Origin: an uncultured Bacteroidales bacterium
GTDB taxonomy: Bacteria > Bacteroidota > Bacteroidia > Bacteroidales > P3
NCBI GenBank assembly: GCA_963540815.1
Contig: CAUTQY010000004.1
Location: forward strand, 15,995 to 79,994
Direction: 5' to 3'
Length of the DNA stretch: 64,000 nucleotides
A program made the translations under genes and the position numbers. Numbering within the stretch: the first letter of the stretch is position 1; every line of letters begins with the position of its first letter. The notes under the pieces are model-generated. The model was not told where the DNA came from, did no database searches, and saw only the letters and a program-made list of their open reading frames with translations. This document shows, piece by piece, positions 46,293 to 56,584 of the stretch.

Positions 46293-47321
46293 ATGATTAA
46301 CGAAATAAATACCGAAGAGTTATACGAAAACCATCGTATTATAGTGGAGAAAGGACAAAAACTTTTAAGAATGGATAAGTATCTTATGCTGAGAATAGAA
46401 AACACCTCACGCAATAAGATACAACAGGCAGCAAGAGCCAACTGCATAAAAGTCAATTCTCAAAGTGTAAAACCGAACTACAAGGTAAAGCCGGGCGATG
46501 TTATTCAAATTTTCTTAACAAGAGAACCACGCAATACTGAAATTATACCGCAAAACATTCCCTTGGATATTGTCTATGAGGATGACGATTTGATAATAAT
46601 TAACAAACCTATGGGAATGGTAGTCCATCCTGCCTATGGGAATTATGATAAAACTTTGGTAAATGCTTTGGAATGGCATTTTCAACACTCCGAAAATAAA
46701 GATACCGATAAAGAAATACATCCTCTTTTGGTTCACAGAATAGATAAAGACACAACAGGATTGATTGTTGTTGCAAAGAACGAAGAGAGTCAAACTATAT
46801 TGGCCAAACAATTTTATTATCATACAATAGAGAGAACTTATACTGCCTTGGTTTGGGGAAATTTTCCGGATAATGAGGGAACAATAGATAAAAATGTTGC
46901 ACGCGATAGTAAGGACAGAAAAAAAATGGCAACATATATTGACCCCGAAAAAGGAAAAAGAGCAATAACACATTGGAAAGTTTTGGAAAGATTCGGATAC
47001 GCAACTTTAATACAATGTAGTTTGGAGACCGGCAGAACACATCAAATACGCGTACACCTTATGAGCGAGGGACACCCTCTTTTCAATGATGCTACCTACG
47101 GAGGCGACAGGATATTAAAGGGAACTACTTTTTCAAAATACAAACAGTTTATTCTGAATTGCTTTGAAATTCTTCCCCGTCAGGCTCTCCATGCAACAAC
47201 ATTGGGCTTTAAACATCCCATAACAAACAAGGAGGTATTTTTTTCTTCGGCTTTGCCGAGTGATATGCAACAAGTCATAGAAAAATGGGAAAAATACACT
47301 CAAAACAAAAATTTTACCTGA
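46293..47321 (+). CDS. rluD: RluA-family 23S rRNA pseudouridine synthase (RluD-like, with S4 domain)
   Basis: 342 aa. S4-like N-terminus, catalytic HRIDKDTTGL, and TGRTHQIRVH. Confidence 0.85.
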   Translation: MINEINTEELYENHRIIVEKGQKLLRMDKYLMLRIENTSRNKIQQAARANCIKVNSQSVKPNYKVKPGDVIQIFLTREPRNTEIIPQNIPLDIVYEDDDLIIINKPMGMVVHPAYGNYDKTLVNALEWHFQHSENKDTDKEIHPLLVHRIDKDTTGLIVVAKNEESQTILAKQFYYHTIERTYTALVWGNFPDNEGTIDKNVARDSKDRKKMATYIDPEKGKRAITHWKVLERFGYATLIQCSLETGRTHQIRVHLMSEGHPLFNDATYGGDRILKGTTFSKYKQFILNCFEILPRQALHATTLGFKHPITNKEVFFSSALPSDMQQVIEKWEKYTQNKNFT

Positions 47322-47428
47322 TTTTTTTTACCATTTCCTTAATTTTTATATAAAATATTTGGTTTATACAAAAAAATATACATACCCTTGCAACTAGCTC
47401 ACGTCGATAAGTAAATTAATAGATAATA

Positions 47429-48023
47429 ATGTTTAACTTTAAAATTCGTTTTTACAATGAAAAAAAATTATTAGTTACGTCCAGATTAGCTGTGACCATT
47501 TTAGCAATTATCACATTGTTTGTCGCTTGCAACAATGATGAAGACGGAAGAGACGTTGCCGAAAAATTAGAACTAAAAAGGTACAATAAATGCCAAAGGA
47601 CCTATAATCGTTATAATGAGAGGTCGTCTTATGGGTAATCCTTTTACAGGATATTGTGTCGGAAATAGGGGAATTTGTGTTCTTCTTTTCCATAGAAACT
47701 ACAGACCGTCTTCTGTTTTAGAAGATATTACATTTGCGACTTTGCAAAATAACTCAAAAAACAAATCTCTAACACTAAAAATAGATTACTCCATGAGTTC
47801 CGGTACAGAGAAAAGTTATTGGAGCAAAGACATAAATAATGGGTATGTAGAGCTCTTTTCCGATATCATTTTGTCCGATAATTCTCTATTAGAGGAAATT
47901 AATGCAAAAAATAATACTCTATTAAAACAGTATAAGGATAAACAACTTAAGCCTTATAGTTCTTGCGATGTATTACAAAAAAACCTTGATGATACGAATT
48001 TTAATAAACCTGTGGAGTTATGA
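47429..48023 (+). pseudogene. Lipoprotein gene apparently split by a +1 frameshift at an A5 run (two ORFs, 47429..47638 and 47616..48023)
   Basis: ORF1 carries a lipoprotein signal (ILAIITLFVACNND). ORF2 has no signal and its frame opens only at 47577. Removing one A from A5 (47575-47579) joins ...AEKLELK to GTINAKGPIIVIMRGRLMGNPFTGYCVGNRG... as one ~200-aa product. This could equally be a sequencing error or two real small genes. Confidence 0.4.
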
Positions 48024-48745
48024 AAAGAATTTTTACTTATATCTTACTCATTGCCACAATTGTTTTATTCGGTAGTTGTAATTATATTTGGCTGTGTAAA
48101 GAAACGGAGAAAACGATAAAAAACGCAAAAAAATATACCGAATATCAAGCTCTTTCCGTTGAAAATATTAAGTCTATTCTGCGTAAGGATACAACAAAAT
48201 ATAAAATTATAGATTTTTATTCCACATGTTGCGGACCTTGCATCTATCGTTTTCAATACGTATTTCCGGAAAAGCTAAAAAAATACTGTTCCAATAATAC
48301 CGAAGTATATTTTATACAAAATAACACAAGCAGTTTAAAATATAGCGACACTTTTTTGAAAATGATATCGCAATATGATACCGATACCAACAAGTACAAA
48401 TATTACTTGTTGGACACCAACTACAGATATTCCGATTTTAAGGCAAAAAATAAAATAGACGCACTTACAAACCTAACAAATGATATTTTTGACAACGAAG
48501 AGTTTATCGTCTCTCTAGGTTTGCCTCACAGTATGGTTGTAAACAAAACCGGAAATAAGATAATGGTAAGACCTTGTAAATTTTCAGACGGCAGTGTTGC
48601 TCATACGCCATTGTCTTTGGATTATATAGACCGTCCGTTAAACAAATTGGATTTTAATTCTATTTGGAAAGATACACTGTATTTGCCGTATGAAATGGAT
48701 AAAAATCTAAAAATGTTTTGTACCCCAGATGGAAAATGTAGGTAG
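48020..48745 (+). CDS. Thioredoxin-fold lipoprotein (CGPC active site)
   Basis: 241 aa. Lipobox LFGSCN and the thioredoxin motif IIDFYSTCCGPCIYRF. The start overlaps the upstream stop (ATGA). Confidence 0.65.
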   Translation: MKRIFTYILLIATIVLFGSCNYIWLCKETEKTIKNAKKYTEYQALSVENIKSILRKDTTKYKIIDFYSTCCGPCIYRFQYVFPEKLKKYCSNNTEVYFIQNNTSSLKYSDTFLKMISQYDTDTNKYKYYLLDTNYRYSDFKAKNKIDALTNLTNDIFDNEEFIVSLGLPHSMVVNKTGNKIMVRPCKFSDGSVAHTPLSLDYIDRPLNKLDFNSIWKDTLYLPYEMDKNLKMFCTPDGKCR

Positions 48746-48777
48746 TTTATTACCGACATGTAAAGTATTCACGACTT

Positions 48778-48826
48778 ACAACTCAATGTTAAAGTATATT
48801 TCTTTTACGTTGAGTTGTTTTTTTTG
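48778..48826 (+). terminator. Intrinsic terminator after the thioredoxin-like gene
   Basis: Stem acaactcaatg / cgttgagttgt (one G-T pair), 19-nt loop, then T8. Confidence 0.55.
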
Positions 48827-48827
48827 T

Positions 48828-48835
48828 TATTTTTG
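48828..48835 (+). promoter_or_regulatory. -7 box (TATTTTTG) upstream of gldB
   Basis: TATTTTTG lies 20 nt upstream of ATG 48856. Confidence 0.5.
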
Positions 48836-48855
48836 CAAAAAATATTGCATTAACT

Positions 48856-49914
48856 ATGAAAAGTCTGATTCCAAGGTTAATAATACTGTGCCTGATAATG
48901 AGTTGTTTGTTTTTTTCTTGCAAAAGAAACAATACCGAGAATATAAAATTCTACAACAACGATAACGTGGAAGAGACTATAAAATTCAAACGATTTGATG
49001 TTGCCTTATTTGCCAGACCCAAAACGACATTACAAGAACATTTGCTTGCTTTACAAAAAGAATATCCGTATATGTTTCAGATGCCACTTTCCAATACGGA
49101 ATATATGAATATGGTAATGTCTATGGTGAGTGACAAACAAATGCAAAACGCTCAAAACATTGTAGAAAGAGAATTTCCGAATTTGGATTTTTTGAGTAAA
49201 GATTTAACCTCTGCTTTTGCAAGACTAAAAAACATATATCACAATACATCTTTGCCAAAAAATGTTTATACTCTCATTCTTGGAGGAGCGGATTATTCAT
49301 ACGGTTACGCTAACAGAGTTTATATGAACGATACCCTTTATTATACAATAGCCTTGGATGTCTACGCCTTAAATAAACTTGCAAATCATCCCTACTATAA
49401 GCAATATCCCGAGTATATGAGAAAAAGTCTTGATAAACAATTTATTGCCCCGGATTTTATGCGTATGTATTTGTTGAATAAAACTTTTATGGCTACGCCT
49501 TTAAAAAGTTTTTCAAACAATGCTGCTTTGTTAGATTGTATAATAGAGGACGGAAAATTGTCTTGTTTTGTTAAGCATCTTTTGCCAAACTATCCTTTAA
49601 ACACCATACTTAGATACGATAGCGACCAAATGCAGTGGGTAGAAAATAACGAGGCAAATACGTGGGCTTATATAATTCAAAATAAATTACTGTATGATAC
49701 CGACCGTTCAAAATATCTTTCCCTTATATCCGACGGACCGGAAAGCAAAGGTTTGCATGGTTCTCCTGCTCGAGTGGGAAATTATATAGGTTACAAAATC
49801 GTAGAGAGTTTTATAAAAGAAAACAAAATAGGGTTAGACTCCCTTATGAATATAAAAGACAACTACCTTATCCTCCAACAATCAAAATACAAACCCAAGA
49901 AAAAAAATAAATGA
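48856..49914 (+). CDS. gldB: Gliding motility lipoprotein GldB-like
   Basis: 352 aa. Lipobox FFSCK, I.F.RFD..LF near the N-terminus, W.Y.IQNKLLYDTD, SPARVGNYIGYKIVESF, and the C-terminal QQSKYKPKKK, which resembles the GldB terminus as I remember it. Confidence 0.6.
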   Translation: MKSLIPRLIILCLIMSCLFFSCKRNNTENIKFYNNDNVEETIKFKRFDVALFARPKTTLQEHLLALQKEYPYMFQMPLSNTEYMNMVMSMVSDKQMQNAQNIVEREFPNLDFLSKDLTSAFARLKNIYHNTSLPKNVYTLILGGADYSYGYANRVYMNDTLYYTIALDVYALNKLANHPYYKQYPEYMRKSLDKQFIAPDFMRMYLLNKTFMATPLKSFSNNAALLDCIIEDGKLSCFVKHLLPNYPLNTILRYDSDQMQWVENNEANTWAYIIQNKLLYDTDRSKYLSLISDGPESKGLHGSPARVGNYIGYKIVESFIKENKIGLDSLMNIKDNYLILQQSKYKPKKKNK

Positions 49915-51842
49915 CAATGAAACCCATATATAAACAAATAATTTTTAGGTACGTTTTTGCCTTGTGCCTATTGCTGACAACACAGTTAATTTTCTATATT
50001 CTCAACCGTTCGCTTTTTGCCGTTAATTCATTTGGTGATTTTTTTAGGATTCTAATAGGCAACTTGCGTTTTTGTCTTGCTACTTTAAGTGTGTATTTGG
50101 CGCCATACTTATTTTTTTCTCTTCTACCTCTGAAAATAAGAGACAAAAAAGCATATAGGGTTGTGCTTTCGTTTTTTTTCTTTGCGGGAGTGGAAATAAT
50201 GATGGTAAGCAATTTGATAGATTGCGGATATTTTCGTTTCACTTTTAAGAGATTGACATTTGATATTTTCAATTACTTGGGCGTAGGAGGAGATTTCAAC
50301 TCTCTTATTCCTCAATTTGTTAGAGATTATTGGCATTTGTTTGTAATATTTTTGATACTAAACCTTCTACTATACTTTATTGATTGGCAAATGAGAAAAA
50401 AATTGCACAACGTAAAAAAACTTTCAACAACAAGTATAAAAAGTATCCTTAGGGAAAGTTTTGTTTTTGTTGTAGCAATATTACTATTGTTTGTCTTTCA
50501 ACGAGGAGGTTTTCAGTATAGACCAATGGGGTTGTTACAGGCCACCGAATATGCAACAACACAAAACACAGCCTTAGTACTCAACACACCTTATACTCTA
50601 TTTCGCACAATAGGTAAAGCCGGTTTGGAGCAAAAAAAATATTTTTCCGATACGGAGGTGGCAAAAATATTTTCTCCCGTTCATTCTCCTAACAAAGAAG
50701 TTTGGGCAGATACTCTCTTTAAAGAACCCTTACAAGTAGGAAAAACAAATGTTGTTCTTATAATAATAGAAAGTTATGCCGCAGAATATCTTTCGGTTTA
50801 TAATAAACAAGGACCGAGTTATGCTCCTTTTATAGATTCTTTGGCAAAAAATTCTTTGGTTTTTAAAGGGTATTCCAATGGCAAACGCTCTATTGACGGG
50901 ATTCCTGCCATTGTTTCTTCCTTGCCCTTACTTAATGAAGAAAGTTATATTACCTCTCCCTATTGCGAAAACAGGCTTGGTTCGATAGCCTCTACCCTAA
51001 GAAAAAAAGGATATAACACCGCTTTCTACCATGGAGGATATAACGGAACAATGAATTTCAACGTCTTTACAAATCACGTTGGGTTTGCAAAATATTACGG
51101 AAAAAACGAATATAGCAACGATAAAGATTATGACGGTAATTGGGGAATATTTGACGAACCTTTTTTGCAGTATATGGGTAAAAAAATAAGCGCAACAAAA
51201 GAACCTTTTTTATCCGCTGTGTTTACTCTATCCTCTCATCACCCTTATACCATACCTAAGCAACACATAGGACGTTTCCCCAAAGGCACACTTATTGTAC
51301 ACGAAACCGTAGGTTATACCGATTATGCCATAAAACGCTTTTTTGATTACGCAAAAACTCAATCTTGGTTTGATAACACTTTGTTTGTAATCACTGCCGA
51401 TCATTCGGCTTTGACGGAAACAAAGGAATTTCAAACTGCCTTAGGGTTATATCGTATCCCTATTATTTTTTATTCTTCCAAGATGAAGCATGGAGAAATA
51501 TCTCCCCTTGTTATGCAACAAACGGATATTTATCCTACGATTTGCGATATACTACACATTAAAGAAGATGTTTTTGCTTTCGGACAAAGTATTTTTTCCA
51601 AACAGCCTCATTTTTACATACACTATTCCAACGGAGAATATATTCTTATGCAGGACGAGTACGTAAGTATTTACAGGGAGGGTTATGCTACCAATTTGTT
51701 TAACGTTAAAACGGATGCGGATATGAAAAACAACATTGCTTCGCAACACCCGCAAATAACAAAAGAACATACCCGTCTAACCCAAGCAATAATTCAGCAA
51801 TACAACAACAGATTAATAAAAAATCGAACCCTAATAAAATAG
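49911..51842 (+). CDS. LTA-synthase/phosphoglycerol-transferase family sulfatase-like membrane enzyme
   Basis: 643 aa. About 5 N-terminal TM helices, then an alkaline-phosphatase-superfamily domain (VVLIIIESYAAEY, GKRSIDG, ITADHS). ATGA overlap with gldB. Confidence 0.75.
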   Translation: MTMKPIYKQIIFRYVFALCLLLTTQLIFYILNRSLFAVNSFGDFFRILIGNLRFCLATLSVYLAPYLFFSLLPLKIRDKKAYRVVLSFFFFAGVEIMMVSNLIDCGYFRFTFKRLTFDIFNYLGVGGDFNSLIPQFVRDYWHLFVIFLILNLLLYFIDWQMRKKLHNVKKLSTTSIKSILRESFVFVVAILLLFVFQRGGFQYRPMGLLQATEYATTQNTALVLNTPYTLFRTIGKAGLEQKKYFSDTEVAKIFSPVHSPNKEVWADTLFKEPLQVGKTNVVLIIIESYAAEYLSVYNKQGPSYAPFIDSLAKNSLVFKGYSNGKRSIDGIPAIVSSLPLLNEESYITSPYCENRLGSIASTLRKKGYNTAFYHGGYNGTMNFNVFTNHVGFAKYYGKNEYSNDKDYDGNWGIFDEPFLQYMGKKISATKEPFLSAVFTLSSHHPYTIPKQHIGRFPKGTLIVHETVGYTDYAIKRFFDYAKTQSWFDNTLFVITADHSALTETKEFQTALGLYRIPIIFYSSKMKHGEISPLVMQQTDIYPTICDILHIKEDVFAFGQSIFSKQPHFYIHYSNGEYILMQDEYVSIYREGYATNLFNVKTDADMKNNIASQHPQITKEHTRLTQAIIQQYNNRLIKNRTLIK

Positions 51843-51882
51843 ACAGCCTATCACTCTAATAATTCAATTATCAAAAAAAGTT

Positions 51883-51890
51883 TAATTTTG
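51883..51890 (+). promoter_or_regulatory. -7 box (TAATTTTG) upstream of the thioesterase gene
   Basis: TAATTTTG lies 13 nt upstream of ATG 51904. Confidence 0.45.
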
Positions 51891-51903
51891 CAAAAAAAAT
51901 AAC

Positions 51904-52314
51904 ATGACTACGATAAACATACCAATGCCCGTATCCAAAATTTATGAATACAAAGTAAAGTCGGAGGATACTTCCATACATCAACATAGCGGTGAGGTTA
52001 AAGTATTGGGCACCCCAAAATTGTTGGCAATAATGGAGGAGGCTACTTGCAAAATAGTGAAAGAATTTTTGCCGGAGGGTATAACAACCGTGGGTACGGA
52101 AATGCACTTATATCATAAAAAACCTTCCGTTGTGGGTGAAAAATTATTTATAGAATGTACATTATTGTCCAGACAGGAAAAGACACTAAACTATGAAATT
52201 AAAGTCTTTGACATAAGACAGGAGGTAGGCTATTGCTCTTGTAAAAGATTTCTCATTGTTAAAGAACAATTTGAACAAAAAGCAATGGAAGTATCTAAGA
52301 AAAAGCAATTATAA
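51904..52314 (+). CDS. Hotdog-fold thioesterase (FlK-like family)
   Basis: 136 aa. VLGTPKLLAIMEEA...TVGTEMHLYHKKPSVVGE is typical of this thioesterase family. Confidence 0.65.
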   Translation: MTTINIPMPVSKIYEYKVKSEDTSIHQHSGEVKVLGTPKLLAIMEEATCKIVKEFLPEGITTVGTEMHLYHKKPSVVGEKLFIECTLLSRQEKTLNYEIKVFDIRQEVGYCSCKRFLIVKEQFEQKAMEVSKKKQL

Positions 52315-52319
52315 AAGAC

Positions 52320-53501
52320 ATGCAAAAAGAGTTCAAAATGATAGCCAAGACAATGTTTGGTTTGGAAGACGTTTTGGCAAAGGAAATAGAAAAATTGGGA
52401 GGAAAGGAGATAAAAAAATTTACCCGTGCTGTAGGTTTTACGGGAGACATAAAAACATTATATAGGGTAAATTATGCCTCTCGTACCGCTCTTTGTGTGT
52501 TGAGACCAATAATGAATTTTACGGCAAAAAATGAACAAGAATTATACAATAATATTTATAAATACGCTTGGGAAAAACTTTTCAACCCGGACGGTACTCT
52601 CCTTATAGATTCCTCCGTAAGTAGTAATATTTTCAGACACTCTTTGTATGTTTCTCAGAAAACCAAAGATGCTATTTGTGACAGATTCAAAAAAATGTTT
52701 CTCAGAAGACCAAGTGTAGACAAGATAGACCCGGACATAAGAATTGATATTCATATAAGCGACAAGGATGTTACCGTTTCTTTGAATTCTTCGGGTGACA
52801 GCCTTTTCAAACGGGGATACAGAAAACAAGCGGGACAGGCTCCGTTAAACGAAGTTACCGCCGCAGGGCTTATACAATTGAGCGGTTGGGAAAAAGATTG
52901 TTCTTTTTACGACCCAATGTGTGGTAGCGGCACTTTGGCAATAGAAGCGGCAATGTTTGCCAATAATATACCTGCCGGTTATTACAGAAAAGACTATGCT
53001 TTCAAAAAATGGGCAGATTTTAATTCTGTGGAATGGAAAATTATAAAAGAGGAACAAGACAGAAAGATTTCGGAATTTGAACATCAGATATGGGCAAGTG
53101 ATATTTCGGGACAAGCAATAGAAATAGCAAGGGAAAATATTAACTACGCTCATCTGCAACACGATATTACATTGTTTAGAGCCGGTATTGAAGAAGGCAA
53201 GAAACCCGAAGGTAGGTGTATTGTGATAACAAATCCTCCTTACGGTGAGCGATTGGAAGTAGAGGATATCGTATCCTTATATGAAACAATAGGAGATACC
53301 TTTAAAGAAAAATATACGGATTGCGAAGCCTATGTATTATCCTCTGATGTATTCGCTTTGAAAAAGATAGGTCTAAAACCTTCAAAAAAGATACAGGTGT
53401 ATAACGGCAAATTGGAATGTAGGTTATTCAAGTTTGAAATGTATGCCGGCAGTCACAAATCAAAGTACCAAAACAAAGAAAGAAATATAATACGGAAATA
53501 A
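52320..53501 (+). CDS. THUMP-domain class I SAM-dependent RNA methyltransferase (RlmL/K-like)
   Basis: 393 aa. THUMP N-terminus, DPMCGSGT SAM motif, and NPPYGERL catalytic motif. Confidence 0.8.
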   Translation: MQKEFKMIAKTMFGLEDVLAKEIEKLGGKEIKKFTRAVGFTGDIKTLYRVNYASRTALCVLRPIMNFTAKNEQELYNNIYKYAWEKLFNPDGTLLIDSSVSSNIFRHSLYVSQKTKDAICDRFKKMFLRRPSVDKIDPDIRIDIHISDKDVTVSLNSSGDSLFKRGYRKQAGQAPLNEVTAAGLIQLSGWEKDCSFYDPMCGSGTLAIEAAMFANNIPAGYYRKDYAFKKWADFNSVEWKIIKEEQDRKISEFEHQIWASDISGQAIEIARENINYAHLQHDITLFRAGIEEGKKPEGRCIVITNPPYGERLEVEDIVSLYETIGDTFKEKYTDCEAYVLSSDVFALKKIGLKPSKKIQVYNGKLECRLFKFEMYAGSHKSKYQNKERNIIRK

Positions 53502-53552
53502 AAAAAACTGAAAACGTACGATAAATAAGTTTCTTGTTGCAGGTAAAAATTT

Positions 53553-55463
53553 ATGAAAAACATAGTAGAAGGTAATATACTAAGAGGAGTAAACACTCCT
53601 ACGGACGTAAAAAAACTACCGCCATCCGAATTAAAGGAACTTTGTTCCGACCTTAGACAATATATCATAGATGTTTTGAGTGAGACTCCCGGACATCTTG
53701 CCTCTTCTCTGGGAACAATAGAACTCTCTGTAGCTCTTGTATACCTTTTTGATTTTCCGCAAGATACATTGGTTTGGGATGTAGGACATCAAGCCTATGC
53801 TTATAAAGTTTTAACGGAAAGAAAACAGGCTTTCAAAAACATAAGAAAGTTACACGGATTGAGCGGTTTTCCCAAAAGAACGGAAAGCAAATACGATTCT
53901 TTTGGTACCGGACATGCCTCTACTTCAATTTCTTCCTCACTTGGTATGGCCATAGCCGACAAACTGCAAAACAAAGACAACTCCTTTCACATAGCAGTTA
54001 TAGGTGACGGCTCTATGACAGGAGGAGAAGCCTTTGAGGGTCTAAACCACGCAGGTAGCACCAACGCAAACATACTCGTAATTCTCAACGACAACGGAAT
54101 ATCCATTGACAAAGGTACGGGGGCGCTAAGTCAATACCTAACCTATATAAGTACCTCCAAAACCTACAACAGAATTAAAAATAAGATATGGAATCTTTTG
54201 GGAGGAAATAAGGAAACTTATAATCCGCATAAAACTTTTTTCAAAAAAATAATTTTTTCTTTAAAATCTTTGTTTTCGGGTAAAAGCAATTTTTTTGAGG
54301 CTCTAAATCTTAGGTATTTCGGTCCTATTGACGGCAATGATATAAATCAACTCATAAAAACCTTAGATAGTTTAAAAAAGATACAAGGACCGAAAATTCT
54401 ACACATAATTACAAAAAAAGGAAAAGGATTGCAAGCTGCCGAGAACAACCCGACAACCTATCATGCACCCGGAATGTTTAACTCCAAGACCGGAGAACTA
54501 ACAAACACAAAAGTACAAAAAACAAGTTTAAGGAAATTTCATCAAGTTTTTGGTGCTACAATGTCTGATTTGGCTACAAGATACGAAAACATCGTTTGTA
54601 TTACTCCTGCCATGCTTACCGGTTCCGGATTAAAAACCATGAAAGAAAAATTCCCTACACGAACCTTCGACGTAGGTATAGCCGAAGAGCATGCCTTGAC
54701 TTTTGCGGCAGGTATGTCGACCGGAGGAATTGTACCCTATTGTTGCGTATATTCTTCTTTTTTACAAAGGGCTTTTGACCAGATTATACACGACATTGCT
54801 TTGCAAAATCTACATGTAGTTATATGTATAGACAGAGCAGGTCTTGTCGGAGAAGACGGAGCAACTCATCACGGAGTGTTTGATTTGGCATATCTTAATT
54901 TGATACCAAACATTATTATCTCGGCCCCCAAAGACGAATTTGAATTACAAGATATGATGCTTACGGCCTATCAAACCGAAAAACCTTTTAGTATTAGATA
55001 CCCGCGAGGCAAAGTATTTCATACCAATCAAACACATAATCAAACAATTATCGGTATCGGTAGGGCCGAACAAATTTTGGAAGGAAAAGATACCGCTGTT
55101 TTGTGCTTGGGTACCATTTTCAATAACGCTAAAATAGCAGTAGAAGACCTAAAAGAAGAAGGTTGGGAAGTAGGGCTTTATAATATGAGATTTTTAAAAC
55201 CTTTGGATACCGACATTTTAGATTCTGTCTGCCAAAAGTACAAAAACATCGTTACCGTAGAAGACGGAGTATTAAGAGGTGGTTTTGGTTGTAGTGTTGA
55301 AAATTATCTACAAGAACATTCTCTGCAAAACAATATTGTATGTTTGGGTATAGGAGACAAGTTTATTGAGCAGGGTACGATAGAAGAATTGCAAAAAATG
55401 TGTGGCATAGATATTGAAGGAATAAAAACGAGTATAAGAGCAATAATTGAAAGTAATATATGA
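53553..55463 (+). CDS. dxs: 1-deoxy-D-xylulose-5-phosphate synthase
   Basis: 636 aa. GHLASSLGTIELSVAL, WDVGHQAYAYKVLT, GDGSMTGGEAFEGLN and DVGIAEEHA motifs. Confidence 0.95.
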   Translation: MKNIVEGNILRGVNTPTDVKKLPPSELKELCSDLRQYIIDVLSETPGHLASSLGTIELSVALVYLFDFPQDTLVWDVGHQAYAYKVLTERKQAFKNIRKLHGLSGFPKRTESKYDSFGTGHASTSISSSLGMAIADKLQNKDNSFHIAVIGDGSMTGGEAFEGLNHAGSTNANILVILNDNGISIDKGTGALSQYLTYISTSKTYNRIKNKIWNLLGGNKETYNPHKTFFKKIIFSLKSLFSGKSNFFEALNLRYFGPIDGNDINQLIKTLDSLKKIQGPKILHIITKKGKGLQAAENNPTTYHAPGMFNSKTGELTNTKVQKTSLRKFHQVFGATMSDLATRYENIVCITPAMLTGSGLKTMKEKFPTRTFDVGIAEEHALTFAAGMSTGGIVPYCCVYSSFLQRAFDQIIHDIALQNLHVVICIDRAGLVGEDGATHHGVFDLAYLNLIPNIIISAPKDEFELQDMMLTAYQTEKPFSIRYPRGKVFHTNQTHNQTIIGIGRAEQILEGKDTAVLCLGTIFNNAKIAVEDLKEEGWEVGLYNMRFLKPLDTDILDSVCQKYKNIVTVEDGVLRGGFGCSVENYLQEHSLQNNIVCLGIGDKFIEQGTIEELQKMCGIDIEGIKTSIRAIIESNI

Positions 55464-56512
55464 AGCGATTGTTGTTGATTTTAATTGTTGGTTTGTTTGG
55501 TCTGTTACAAAAAGATGTTTCGGCAAAACAAAACGGAGAGGAGCTTAATGTAGGTAATACCATAATGCAACATCTTGGTGACGAGCATTCATGGGAACTC
55601 TGCTCCGTAAAAGGATACGAAATTGCAATTCCCTTACCTGTAATTCTTATAGAGAAAAATAGCGTAAATGTCTTTATGTCCGACAAATTGAATGAAGGAC
55701 AAATTTATAAAGGTTTTCGCTACGCTACAAAAAAGGATTTCGCCCAATTAAAAGGTAAAATAATAAGAGTTGATAAAAACAATAGATATTTGTCTGCCCC
55801 CGTAGATTTATCTATTACAAAAAATGTCTTTGGTATAACGATAGTCTGCGGGATCATTATCTTTGTCGTTTTTTATTGTGTAAAAAGGGCAAGACAAAGG
55901 GAGGGCAAAGAGCCAAAGGGAATACAAACGGTTATGGAATTTTTTATTGATTTTATCGGCAATGATATTGCCAAACCGAGCATAGGAGAAAAACATTACG
56001 AAAAATATATGAGTTATCTCTTATCCGTTTTTTTGTTCATATTTTTATGTAACTTGTTTGGTTTAATACCTTTCTTTCCCGGTGGAGCAAACATTACGGG
56101 AAATATTGCCATAACTATTGTTTTGGCTCTGTTTACTTTTTTTACCATGATGATTTCCACAACAAAAAAATATTGGCTTGGTATAGTTAACCCCCATGTT
56201 CCTACCTGGCTAAAAATCCCTGTTCCCTTAATGCCTGCCTTAGAGGCTATAGAAATATTTACCAAACCTTTTTCTCTTTGCGTACGATTATTTGCCAACA
56301 TAACCGCAGGGCACGTCATAATGCTTGCTTTTGTTTGCATTATTTTTATTTTTGGAGCCAACTCTCCTATTTCGGGTTATGGCTTTAGTGTGGTTTCCGT
56401 ATTCTTCGGAGTATTTATGTTTTTGGTCGAATGTTTGGTAGCCTTCATACAAGCGTACGTCTTTACCTTCCTTTCCGCTATCTATATTGGCATGGCACTC
56501 GGCAAAGAGTAG
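55460..56512 (+). CDS. atpB: F0F1 ATP synthase subunit a
   Basis: 350 aa. Bacteroidota-type long N-terminal extension (IMQHLGDEHSWEL). C-terminal core: SLCVRLFANITAGHVIML (essential Arg) ...AFIQAYVFTFLSAIYIG. The start overlaps the dxs stop (ATATGA). Confidence 0.85.
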   Translation: MKRLLLILIVGLFGLLQKDVSAKQNGEELNVGNTIMQHLGDEHSWELCSVKGYEIAIPLPVILIEKNSVNVFMSDKLNEGQIYKGFRYATKKDFAQLKGKIIRVDKNNRYLSAPVDLSITKNVFGITIVCGIIIFVVFYCVKRARQREGKEPKGIQTVMEFFIDFIGNDIAKPSIGEKHYEKYMSYLLSVFLFIFLCNLFGLIPFFPGGANITGNIAITIVLALFTFFTMMISTTKKYWLGIVNPHVPTWLKIPVPLMPALEAIEIFTKPFSLCVRLFANITAGHVIMLAFVCIIFIFGANSPISGYGFSVVSVFFGVFMFLVECLVAFIQAYVFTFLSAIYIGMALGKE

Positions 56513-56584
56513 ATTTTTATTATTCTTTCTCATTATTTCATTATTGCGCCCCCCTTTTACTTCCTTTAGAGTCCTTCATCTATT

